Source: Catajapyx aquilonaris
Taxonomy: Eukaryota
DNA: 64,000 bases
Assembly: GCA_000934665.2 (NCBI GenBank)
Contig: KZ538585.1
Span: 1 to 64,000 of the forward strand
Direction: 5' to 3'
This document shows, piece by piece, positions 53,490 to 64,000 of the stretch. Under the pieces are notes generated by a model, which made no database searches, had not been told where the DNA came from, and saw only the letters and a program-made list of their open reading frames with translations. The translations under genes and the position numbers were made by a program. Position 1 is the first letter of the stretch. Every line of letters begins with the position of its first letter.

Positions 53490-54377
53490 TGTACGCCCCC
53501 CAATGTTGCCAACCCCCGTTCAAATAGCTCAAGTTACATTCCCACGGGCCCAATTTCCTCCTAATTACTCCCACTGTAGCCAACCCCCCTATCAAAATTT
53601 GGCAACCCTTCCTTATAGCGTGCAAAACTCTCTTCTCTCAACCCCCCTCCCCCTGGAAGCAACCATGTGGCCGGCTGAGGGTCAACGACCGCCAGACGCA
53701 AGCAAAGCTGGGGAAAAGAGAAAAGGAGGGGGGCTGGTTGAGGGGGGGCGCGGAGGGTAGGGGGCGGAAAATCGACCTGTGACGTCAGTGGGACGTCACG
53801 GGGAGATCCCGGAAGAGAGAAAGCCGCAACTGATTCAGTGTTGCCAGATGCCGGACGCTCCTGCCCTCTCTGCGCCCAATTCACAACTAGTTTCACTTCA
53901 AGGGCAAGGATCTTTATGACGAAAAAAAGCGGGGCCGGGTTGCCATTTACATACGCCATCTCTCTCCAATAAGATTTACAGCCAAGTTTTTTTTTTGCGG
54001 TTCGTTTTATTAATCGAAGGTACACATAGATTGCAAAAAAAAAAGTGTTGATTCAAGTGCTATCACATTGCCCTTGCTTTTTTATAGGGGAGGCATTGAC
54101 CGGGTTGGTAAACATGGGGCTTGTTTTGTCCTTATTTACTTTTCCGTAGTATTTGTGGGCGGGCTTCAAGGGCAATGCGAGGATCCAAAAAATTTGTTTG
54201 GAGGACATGTGATTTATTTTTTTTTGCCAAAATAAACTTATTGACTTATCAAGTCCCCCAATATGTCCGTTGAGTCGTCAAACTCCCGCATCGGCGCTGG
54301 GTTGCCCTGTGAAAGAGTAAAAAATAATATGAATTAGATTAAGCAAACGATTGGTTAATTAAAAAATAAAAATTAAT

Positions 54378-54696
54378 GGCCGGTTTCACCGAGCAGGTTA
54401 CATTATAAATCCGAGTTTCTTTTCGGAAAATCCTTACGTTTGATTGTTGTCAACAATAATTGCTATGCTTATATAACTGAGGTTCTAAATTATAACCAGG
54501 TTGGTGAAACCCGACCTAAGCAACAGCCTAACTGATTGGTTAATTAACTCCAGTTGCACCACCACACTTACAGGGATTGATTAAATGTCCGATATCCCCA
54601 ATCTTTTTAACGGGCGGTTAAAAGCTAATTCAGTTTCACAAAAACGAAACTCTTAACCGCCCGTTTAAAAAAAATAACAGTGGTGCAATCGGACCC
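54378..54696. mobile_element. Two adjacent degenerate PIF/Harbinger-like MITEs (54378-54516; ~54549-54696)
   Basis: GGCCGGTTTCACC...GGTGAAACCCGACC; TTGCACCAC...GTGGTGCAA with inner TTTTAACGGGCGGTTAA/TTAACCGCCCGTTTAAA. Confidence 0.6.
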
Positions 54697-56369
54697 ATGT
54701 TATAATATTGCGCGCATAAACTAACCAAAGGCAGATCTCTCAACTAAATACAGTAGTCGCTAAAAATAACTGCTTAATGAAAGTCGCACATTGATATAGC
54801 TATGACTGTTAGTATTAAGCGGCTTATTGGTGGTCTGGATAACAGCTTAAAATACCTGCTTAATAAGCCACCTAGCCATGGTTTAAATACCGGTAGCTGA
54901 TTAATAATAAAAAGCAGTTTATAGTGCGATTAATAGTTTCAATTAACGGAACCAATCAGTGTTTACCATCAGGGGTGCAAACCTGTCCTAACATGGAGTT
55001 CTAGAAGGAGCAGGTCACAAAAACGGGTGTAAAACCGGCCCTAAACCCATGACTCATGGCGCTTTTCCGTGGTTCGCAATTCTTCACGGCCATGCTGTAT
55101 ATAAAAAGCCGGCCGTTTTTCCTCAGAAAAATCGTGACCATCTTTTAAAATGGGGGTTGGCTTGCATGGGGTCACGGCCTCAAAAAAATAGAGTCTCACT
55201 TTCATGTGTGCCCATATGCGATGCACGTGTGTATTGTTGCGTGTGTGACGATGGACACGGGCCATTTGGTCGAATAATCGGAGCGTGTCCTTGACCATGC
55301 GATTGGCTATACTGGGGAGCCTGGTGAATATATATTTGTTTTTTAAATAAAGTGCGCGTGACCTTTGACCCAGTTAACACGCTCTGAAAGAGAAGCGATC
55401 GGAAACGTGTAGGGCGGTACAAAGTGCTCGAGTACGCAGTATATTTGCTTCTCTTTCTAATCTGGTTGCTTGCTGGAGTGAACAATCTATAGTATATTAC
55501 CATTGATTGAGGTACAGTCCATCAGCTTCTGTAATGCATCCTTTCCCCCCCAGAAAGGTTAATCCGGTAACTTAAGCCGGGCCATAAATCACCGCAGTAG
55601 GTCAATGGGCTGAATGGAGGTTTTAAAAACAACCGCACGCCATGGTAACCCTGTTCATCCTGGGAGTGGCTCATTGCACTGTACACACTTAAAATAAAGG
55701 GCAATAAAAATGTTGGCCACCCGCTATTAGTTGACCCGACCTTTTGCAGGGTCAACCAACACTCAAAGCATGTCCATGAGTGCCAGCTGAAAATTAGTGA
55801 CATCTTGCTGCTGGCACCCCTGCTCACAGGTTAAAGATCACGTGATCAACAAGGATGCCAACTGAGTCCTTCAGCGCTACAGTTATCGTGACTCGAGTGA
55901 CTGCAGACTTTTTCCGGGATCAAGTTTGTTTCCGTATCATACGTTGTACGTCACAACGTGTGATAGTGAATGGCGTATTTTCTGAGGCATGTTGTATGCT
56001 GAAATTGTGGCAAGGACTTATGCACGTGACGCAAGTGTCTCTTAATATATTATCCTTGTCGATTCCTCCAGAACACCATCATTCGTGAAGCAGGTTGGCT
56101 TCCTTTTTGCTGAGCTGAGGGCACACTGTAAAACGGCACTGCCCTCTACGTTCTAGGTCAAGGTGAGGTCAGCCACCCTTCAGAGCATGCTGACTTCATG
56201 CAGCCTCTCTTTTCACCCTGTACTTTCCCAGCAGCCCTTACGTGATTGGCAAGGGGGGGAATGAGGCGGAGAAAGGTGCGCACTTCCACTTTCACGCACC
56301 CACCCCAGAACCTCTACTTCCAAAAGAAGTTCAGGGTCAATTCCGCAGAAGAAACATAAGAGACGATGT

Positions 56370-57000
56370 CCACTAAGCTGCTTATTATGAAGTTACTTCG
56401 AACCATTTTCAAAATTAACAACTTATCAATAAGTTACTTTCAGCAATTTTCAAAATTAATAACTGCTGGTCAAGACGTTACTTTTCACAGTCTTCAAAAA
56501 GTATTAGCTGCTTTATATTAGGCGGAGTTACATTCAGCAATTTTTCAAAGCTGCTTATATATTAGGTTATTGGTGACTGGTTACCAATTTATACCACTAA
56601 TAAGCTGCTTATTAGAAAGTATTAGCTACGTGACAGAATTGATTCAGACTATTTTCTAGCGCATTAGCTACACTTGTGAGGCACTTGCTTTCAGCATTTT
56701 TCGAAAGCATTAGCTGCACACATTAGTGACTGGCGAGCAATTTTTGCCATTATGCTGCTATTAGAATGAGTTACTTTTAACAAATTTCAAAAGTATATTA
56801 GCTACTTAACAGAATGGCTTGTCACAGTTTCAACTATATTAGCTGCTTATTAGAATGAGTTACTTTTAACAAATTTCAAAAGTGTATTAGCTACTAAACA
56901 GAATTGCTTGTAACAGTTTTCAACTATATTAGCTGCTTATTGCTGGGTTACTTTTAGTACTTAAGTGTTAGCTGCTTACCAAAAGTTACTTTTAGTCGTC
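56370..57000. repeat. Degenerate minisatellite (AGTTACTTTT..TATTAGCTGCTTAT) with a near-exact 90-bp duplication at 56761-56941
   Basis: Read directly. Confidence 0.8.
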
Positions 57001-57919
57001 TTCGAACGTAGGCCTATTCTACGAAGCTTCGTATATTACGTACGTACGTATGAAGGTATACCGATACTTTTAGCATAATTATTTTGAAATCTTTTTGTTG
57101 CCTATAGCCACTTTCAGCATAATTCCTTAGCTGCTGGGTCAATTTTTGTGCAAAAATTGATTTCCGGCCATATTGAGTACCTCGGGAGCAACAAAATAGC
57201 GCGCAGATACTTGGCGGCGTTGCCAAATTTGCACAACATGTGATCGACCCTCCACGACCCGCCCTTTTGAGTAGATGAGTCAGAGGTAGAGTTGAGTGAC
57301 TGGTAGGGTGTAACTGCGACATTACTCGAAACGGAACCTGCACCATGCACGATCAGGCAACACCGGCACGCGCCGCTGGTTGCAGATTTTTCCAACCCTG
57401 TCCGGTTGCAAACAGTGTTTCTCAAGACAGGTGCCCCTGACTCGTCGCTCATCCACGGGCCTAATCGGACGCCACTAGGACCATCTCTCCCTCCCCCCAA
57501 AAAATATTTTCGCATAATTTATTCTTGGAGGAACATAATAAGAGATGGCACCATCATACCAGCCTATCAATCTACTTGGATTTAGAGGTCAGTAGGTGCA
57601 ACATTTTAAAAGTGACCCGTCGTAAAAACTGGTCGTTAAAAAAGCATGTCTCGACGGATGAAGCTTAAGGGGGTGACCCCAGTGGGCGACCTTTGCTTAG
57701 TTCCGGGTTTTGCCAACAGATGTGGCGGACATGTGCGCCCGCCCGTAAGACGAAATCGTGGAAGACTCGCGAACGGCACGTGTTTTCATTCACTGCAAGA
57801 CTATACTGGACTCAGGGGGAGGTCAAGCACTCCCTGGTCTAAACAATGCGTAGTTGAAGGCCTCGTTACTTCACAAGTTACGTGTTGGTACCACTGCTGG
57901 CCAATCTTAGTGGCCAATA

Positions 57920-58610
57920 CAAGCTGTATAAAATTTTCGGTTTCTATTTTGCCACCTAGAAGCTGCTTAGGAAGAAGTTACTTTTAGCAGTTTCGAAAGT
58001 ATCAGCTGCTTATGAAAAGTGACTTTTAACAGCTTTCAAATGCATTAGCTGCTTATTAGGAAGTTGCTTTGAGCAATTTCCAAAAGCATTCCCTGCGCTA
58101 ATAATATTAGGTTCTTAGCATATGGTTATCTATTTTTGCCACTAAACTGCATGTTAGAAAGTTACTTTTAGCAGTTTCAGAAGTATTAGCTGCTTACAAA
58201 AAAGTTACTTTTAACAGTTTTGGAAAAGTATAAGCTGCTTATTAGGAAGCTACTTTTATGGAATCTCAAAAGGTGCTATAATATTAGATTCCTAGCGTCT
58301 GGCTAGCTATTTTATTGCCACTAAACTGATTATTAGACAGTTACTTTAAGCGCCACTATGCCGCTTATGAGAAAGTTTAGTAATTTTAAAAGTATTAGCT
58401 ACTAATTGTAACAGGTGTCAAAAGTATTAGCTAGCTATTAATTTTAACATGTGTCAAAAGTATTGGCTACTGATTCATATGAGAATAAAGTATTACTGCT
58501 TCTTAGGAAGTTGTATTTCCAACAGTTTTCAAAGGTATTAGCTGCTCATATTAGCTTAGTGATTAGCGATTTTTGCCACTAAGCCGCTTATTATTATGAG
58601 AAATTAGTTG
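57920..58610. repeat. Second array of the same minisatellite family as 56370-57000
   Basis: AAGTTACTTTTAGCAGTTTC..AAGTATTAGCTGCTTA and TTTTGCCACTAA recur. Confidence 0.75.
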
Positions 58611-59039
58611 TTTTTAGTGATTAAGAGCGTAAATAGGAAGACATGCGGTCGGGTCAGTTTGTCTGTGTTGGCAATGTAAGAAACCAAATAGTGGACTGGG
58701 TCCAGTTTCCTCCGTGTCGTGTGAATGTATATCGCAAAGTTACTGATATGATCTGATGATGTAATAAGGGAAGATAGCTGGTTTGAAACGTGCCCCTTTA
58801 CCTCCCCTAGCAAGAAATTCAGGTTGAAAAGTGCGCAAATCAATTATTCGGAGCCATATTTTCGTGCCCTGTTTTGTGCTGTTGTCCAACTTGATGATCA
58901 CTTTTGCTGTCAAGGCGCACGTTCACTCGAGGGTCTAACTATAGGCCCATAACAAGCAGGGTCAGTTCTAAGTTTGGCTGCACAGTGACTGCACTGTACG
59001 AGGGTACTGTAAGTATCGCAAAAAAGGGCCGGGACTCTA

Positions 59040-59167
59040 CAGGGTGTTTCACTCACCAAAAACCCTGAAGAAGTTACGGACTGTTTCTTCCATCAAAAAC
59101 CAGCAAGCTAAATAAGGTTGCTGGGGTAAACAATTCCGCACTTTCCGGCGGGTTGCGGAGCACCCTG
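59040..59167. mobile_element. TA-CAGGGTG...CACCCTG-TA mariner-like mini element
   Basis: TACAGGGTGTTTC...GGAGCACCCTGTA. Confidence 0.6.
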
Positions 59168-59959
59168 TACATTCTAAAGGTCAGACGCGAGTGTTATTTT
59201 CGGGTGAGCGACTGTAAATGGTTCTTATGCCTCTGATTTCCAACTCCGATAACTTGGAAGGATGTACCAAGTGCATTGAGAATTTTTTGTGTGCAACAAA
59301 ACGTGTTAAAAATTTGCACTCAAAAGTTTGACCCACTTTTCTTTTTAACTGGGCATTACATCCCCTGGAGGGAGGCTGCACACACATACACACACACACA
59401 CAATTTTCGCAAACAGATGGGTGGGAAAAACCATCTGTCCCACAAAACTTTTGCACCGAAATTTGCCTGTCGCATCTGTTGTTTTGGTGTTGTCGGAGAG
59501 GGTCGCATATTTTTTTTTTTGATGGAGTAGTACTATATGTTGGGAAGGGGTTATTCCCATAGTTTTGACGGTCACATGGACCCCGCGAAAAAGTGACTTT
59601 CGCAGCCTTGACTCGGCAGCCAACCCCCCCCCCCCCCCCTTTTAATTCCTCTCCTTTTTTTTTCGCACAGCCTCACATAGAGTTGGCAACAATCCCAAGA
59701 GGACGCCCCTGACCCGCACTGCCGTAATTGACTATTTCCGTTCTCTCCTTTTATACCCGGCCCGGTCGGCACGTATGACATGCACCATCACTCCCAAACA
59801 ATTGCCAAAATATCTTGCAACAAGTCCTGTGCTGCTCCCAAATAATTACTATTGGAAGCAAAGATTCCAATAGGAAACCATCGCACGACAAGAGTTTTCC
59901 AGTTGGCACCTTGCTGCCTGATGTATGCCAAGTGCACGCGGCCAATTTATTTATTTTTT

Positions 59960-60755
59960 TAGTTGTTGCGAAGAGCAGCTAATACATTTTTGATGGCTAC
60001 TGAAAGTAAATAGCTGGTCCAAAGTAACCGCTTGAAATAAGAAGCTTCGAGCTCAAAGCAGCTAGTGCGACTACCTCTATAATAACTGCTGAAAGCAGCC
60101 GTTTCAAAGTAACTGCTTAAAATGAGCAAGATTTGAGCCAATAAGCAACTAATATGTTTGATAGCCACTGAAAGTAGCTGTTGCAAATGAACTTCTTCAA
60201 GTGAGCAGCTTAACGAAAAGCTAATGCATTTGATAGCTGCTAAAAGTAGTTGTTCCAAACATTAACTGCTTAAAATGAGCAGGTTTGAGCCAAAACAGCT
60301 GATGAAATGTTTGATAGGCGCTTACAAATCAGCGAGTAGATATTGCATTTGATAGCTACTAAAAGTAAAGTAGCCAATCCAAAATAACTGACTGAAGCTA
60401 GCAGATTTGATCCAAAAGAAGCTTATACATTTGGGGCCGAATTCAGAGAGGTTGCTTAACGTAAACGCGCCCGATTAAATCCTTTAGTCATCCTCGATTA
60501 TCAAATTTAACCATCCTGCTAATACAAAGGCGGCGATTAGCGCTAAACGCCCCCTAATCGCACTTGCTAGCACTTTTAAATTTGCTAATCGAGGATGACT
60601 AAAGGATTTAATCGGGCGCGTTTACGTTAAGCAACCTCTCTGAATTCGGTCCAGGATAGCCGCTGTAAGTAACTGTTCCAAAAATAACTGCTTAAAATGA
60701 ACTCCTTAGACATAAAAGGAGATGAAACGGTTGGTAGCTGCTGAAAGTAGCTGTT
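59960..60755. repeat. Degenerate array (TTGATAGCT.CT.AAAGTA..TAACTGCTTAAAATGAGC) interrupted by a MITE
   Basis: Recurrent motifs on both sides of 60434-60652. Confidence 0.7.
60434..60652. mobile_element. Young palindromic MITE (~219 bp) with near-perfect arms of about 75 bp
   Basis: GGCCGAATTCAGAGAGGTTGCTTAACGTAAACGCGCCCGATTAAATCCTTTAGTCATCCTCGATTA is mirrored at ~60586-60652. GGCC-type ends suggest PIF/Harbinger; TSD unclear. Confidence 0.85.
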
Positions 60756-62662
60756 CCTGTGTGCCAGAAATTCAAAAACTACAAACACGACGATCTGTAC
60801 AGGGTTTCTTGAAAATAATGTTTCGGACAGTGTTCAATGGAGATTTCCGTCCGATCATTTCTCGTTCTTTACTGACACCGAGCGTACGGATAGTGTGTGT
60901 GTCCTCCATTAGAACTTGGTGCAAATGATGATTGAAGGTGAAGTGCAATATTGTATATATCTGTTGGATAGAAATGAGTGTTTACGTGGAACCTATGACT
61001 GAAGGCTATCGAGCGCGTCACATCCGGGGTGAGTGTCCAGCCTAGACACATGCGTGCCCTTCCTCGCCGCTAGATGGAATCCGCAACACTTGTACGTAGC
61101 GTTGGCTAAAAAAGTCTAGTAGAAGCGTGGGTGCAGGTGTTTTGCAAAAGGTGGGTGGGTGGGTGGGTGGGTGAGAGACACACAATGGAGGGCAGGGGGT
61201 TACTAGTGGTGGTGGTGGGGGATATAATAGAGACCCTGGCGTTCCGGAGGCTAGGTTGCTGCTTTGGCTATTCCTGCACGTGTGTCCCTGAGTTTTGCGC
61301 TGCCTCCTACCCTCTCTCTCCCCTCCATACCCTCTCCCTCTCCATCGGCGGTGGTAGGCACATAGCGGTTCCAGCGTTCACCGGGTTCAAGGCAGGACAG
61401 GCCCTGCCCAAGGCCTTACCCCTGCGCCGGAGAAGCAAGGCTCCCTCCCTCGCTCAACTCCGCCCACACAAACACACTACTACCCTCCATTCCACCATAT
61501 TTTTTTTTGCACAATACATTACTATCCGCATATTACACAACACACATGCTAAGAGAAAATGGGGGGACAGCCGGACAGGTGATGGTGACACTATATTTCC
61601 TAGAATCATGGGCGAAGAAAGGGTCGAATATATCCGGCATTGACTTTTGCGTCTCTGTATATAGGAGACAAATCTGTATTCGTGTCTCCTTCATCTGATG
61701 GTTAGTAGCAAAATTGGAAACACGCTGCTAACGAGCCTTTTTAAACTAATTCGACCCGCACAGGTTGAGAGCCATGCCATTCTGTGTGGCCTGCTTACGT
61801 CAGAGATGGAATTGGCACGCCTGATTATATGCTCGCATGTGATTGGCTAGTTCGAATCAGTCGTGCCAATATGTTACATAAAATAAGTAAATACGTAGTA
61901 CAGTACAAAGTATGTAACAGTAGTAAATACATACATGTACGTAAATCAATTAATATATTTGCTACTGTTACATGTACTTTATATGTATACTTCATTTACA
62001 CTTTGTTTATTTACTTGTTTACTTGTAAATTTACAAGTGCATGTGTAAATAATAAACAGGTAAATAAAGTGTCGCGCCTAGCTGTGAGGATAAACAGCGT
62101 TGCAGGGCGCCCAATTGCAAATACAATACATAAAATATTTGACGAAAATATTAAGGGACATGTAACGAAAAAATTAGTCATACATGAAAATATTCAGTCA
62201 TTTGAATATGTAGACTAATGTTCGTGTAATACGATGCAATAATGGGAGGGGGAGGGTACAACTATCTAAAACAGGGTTATCAATAATTCATATTCAGTTG
62301 TAATGTTAGGTTCGCAAAAAAAGGGCCGAAATTTTTGCAAGTTTTACGCTTTTTTATATAACTTAGTTTCATCCGTGTTGGCTGACAGTTGCAAATTTTT
62401 TTCCAGCATTCGAGCCTTTACAAAGTTGGTGAAAAGGTAGTTCCGCGAATTCTGTGCGTGTGACGCAGGTTTTCCGTATAGAAAATTACAGCCTTTTTTC
62501 AACTCGCTTCGTTTACTCGTCAGTGTTACGATGTACACACGAACGAATCATAGGCTACTTAATCTTAACTACAGTGCAATTAGACCTTTGAACGTCCTTA
62601 TTCTCCTCATGGGCATACGATATAATCAGGATATAACACATCAAAATATTAATATAATTATT

Positions 62663-62760
62663 GGGTGGAATTTTTGTCCCACTGCTAGTTACTGCTAACT
62701 TAGCAGTACCAGTGTTGGCTAAGTTAGCAGTAACTGGCAGTGGGACAAAAAATTTCGCCC
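62663..62760. mobile_element. MITE family A, copy 3
   Basis: GGGTGGAATTTTTGTCCCACTGCTAGTTACTGCTAACTTAGC / GCTAAGTTAGCAGTAACTGGCAGTGGGACAAAAAATTTCGCCC. Confidence 0.82.
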
Positions 62761-63380
62761 AAATTTTTAAAAACAGCTTCTGAAGCAGTATTGCCAAATA
62801 TCAGTAATGTAAAAACGTACTGCATATGAATGTATGCAATAAAATATATTACAGTACAAACATGACATTGCCCTATAAAAGGTGAAGTATTTTGAACCTA
62901 GAGTGCAATTACGTAATTAACGACCTCTTTCTATTTATGACTGTCCCGTGTGGTTTAAAAAGCGCCGTTTAATTTTGCAATCCTCTAACCGCGACCTTTT
63001 ATATTTTTGGCGGAAATTTCCCAGTCCCCATATTTTTTTTTCCAGCTTCCCTTTTTTTCTGTCGTCTGGATCGATAGTTCCAATAAGCCAGTGGGCATCG
63101 GGGCACGCTAAAAATATTGACCCCCCTCTCCCAGGTTTATTTTTGGCAACTTGGGACGAGGGCAAGGGACAGAATTAAGGGCAAGGTTCGCTCTCTCCCT
63201 CCCTCCCTCCCTCCCTCCCTCTCTTCGCACAATTGCACTTCTCCCTCGCGCGCAAATCTAATTACACCATTGTTTCATACACTGCGCGTATTTTTAGCCC
63301 CAACTCAATTCTAGGATCTGGAGTTTTAATCGCCATAGAAATGGCTAGGTGTTTGCAAAAAAAAAAAAATAATTAGCTGC

Positions 63381-63612
63381 ATTTTTAAACGAGCGTAACC
63401 GCGCACCCACACTCGCGCAGCTATGCTCCGACAATGTTGCCAGAGTTTGTAGCCTCAGAAGTTCGCTTGGAAACGTCGCAAACGTCCGCCGTTTTGTTCC
63501 CTCCAAACGTAGCGTTGGAAATACATGAAGCGTAGTACACCCACTGTATATTTATAATGCCAGCCGTGCAAGCTGCGCGAACTGTACTGCGCTGCTGCGT
63601 TCGTAAATGTTT
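63381..63612. mobile_element. MITE family B, copy 3 (inverted)
   Basis: GCGCACCCACACTCGCGCAGCT and CGTAGCGTTGGAAATA are reverse complements of motifs in copies 1 and 2. Confidence 0.72.
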
Positions 63613-64000
63613 TTCACAGTGAATCGAGCCTCCAGGTGTGTGTAACAGGAGCTGAAATGTTGCGTCAGATTAATTTAAAAAAAAATGTAGGAGTGAAACG
63701 TGTGCATTTCCCTATCCCAGCAAGGTCGTAGATTTCACTTTACCTGGAACCCCCCTCGAGGCATAATAACTACCCGAAAAAGAAAAGAAAAAAAAAGAAG
63801 TGGTGCGCGTGGCCTCAGTCATGCTTCAAAGAACTGAAAAACTTTTCAATGGGATTCCAGCCAGTCTCAATACCGTGAAATGGACCGGATGATGACCATT
63901 CTTCTAATTTAATTAATTATCTAGGAAGTGAAAACATTGCACGGTGTTAAGAGTCCAAAGTGACAATCGCTAACGGATTCGATGGCCTAGCTCTCCTAAC

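Noticed and set aside
59641..59880. Strong acceptor-like tract ending CACAG at 59670 with an open phase-1 frame
   Set aside because: No convincing donor and the peptide resembles nothing I recognise.

Overview
This is eukaryotic, most likely arthropod, non-coding DNA. Support for arthropod origin: TCAGTY-type initiators, TTAGG-like repeats, ecdysone-response-like elements and an insect-type tRNA-derived SINE. None of the listed long ORFs looks like real protein. The window reads as the 5' regulatory region and very long introns of a + strand gene. It has a candidate non-coding first exon (~1292-1368) and short candidate coding first exons ending in phase 1 (30560-30635 and 36103-36118, 'MTLKP'). 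Most notably, it has two recursive-splicing-type ratchet points (polypyrimidine tract-CAG|GTGAGT) at 13271/13272 and 40847/40848. The first is followed by a 77-nt cryptic RS-exon and the second has a perfect GACTAAC branch point. The unique sequence is rich in ROR/Rev-erb-type elements (at least 13 AWSTRGGTCA, roughly 1 expected), EcRE-like IR1 palindromes, CACGTG E-boxes and bZIP sites. Together with the MTLKP micro-exon this suggests the ecdysone-induced nuclear receptor gene E75; this is inference, as no DNA-binding-domain exon lies in the window. The rest is MITEs and foldback palindromes, Helitron-like fragments, one SINE with a 14-bp TSD, degenerate AT-rich minisatellites, microsatellites and a 209-N gap. 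All motif counts are manual and are minimum values.
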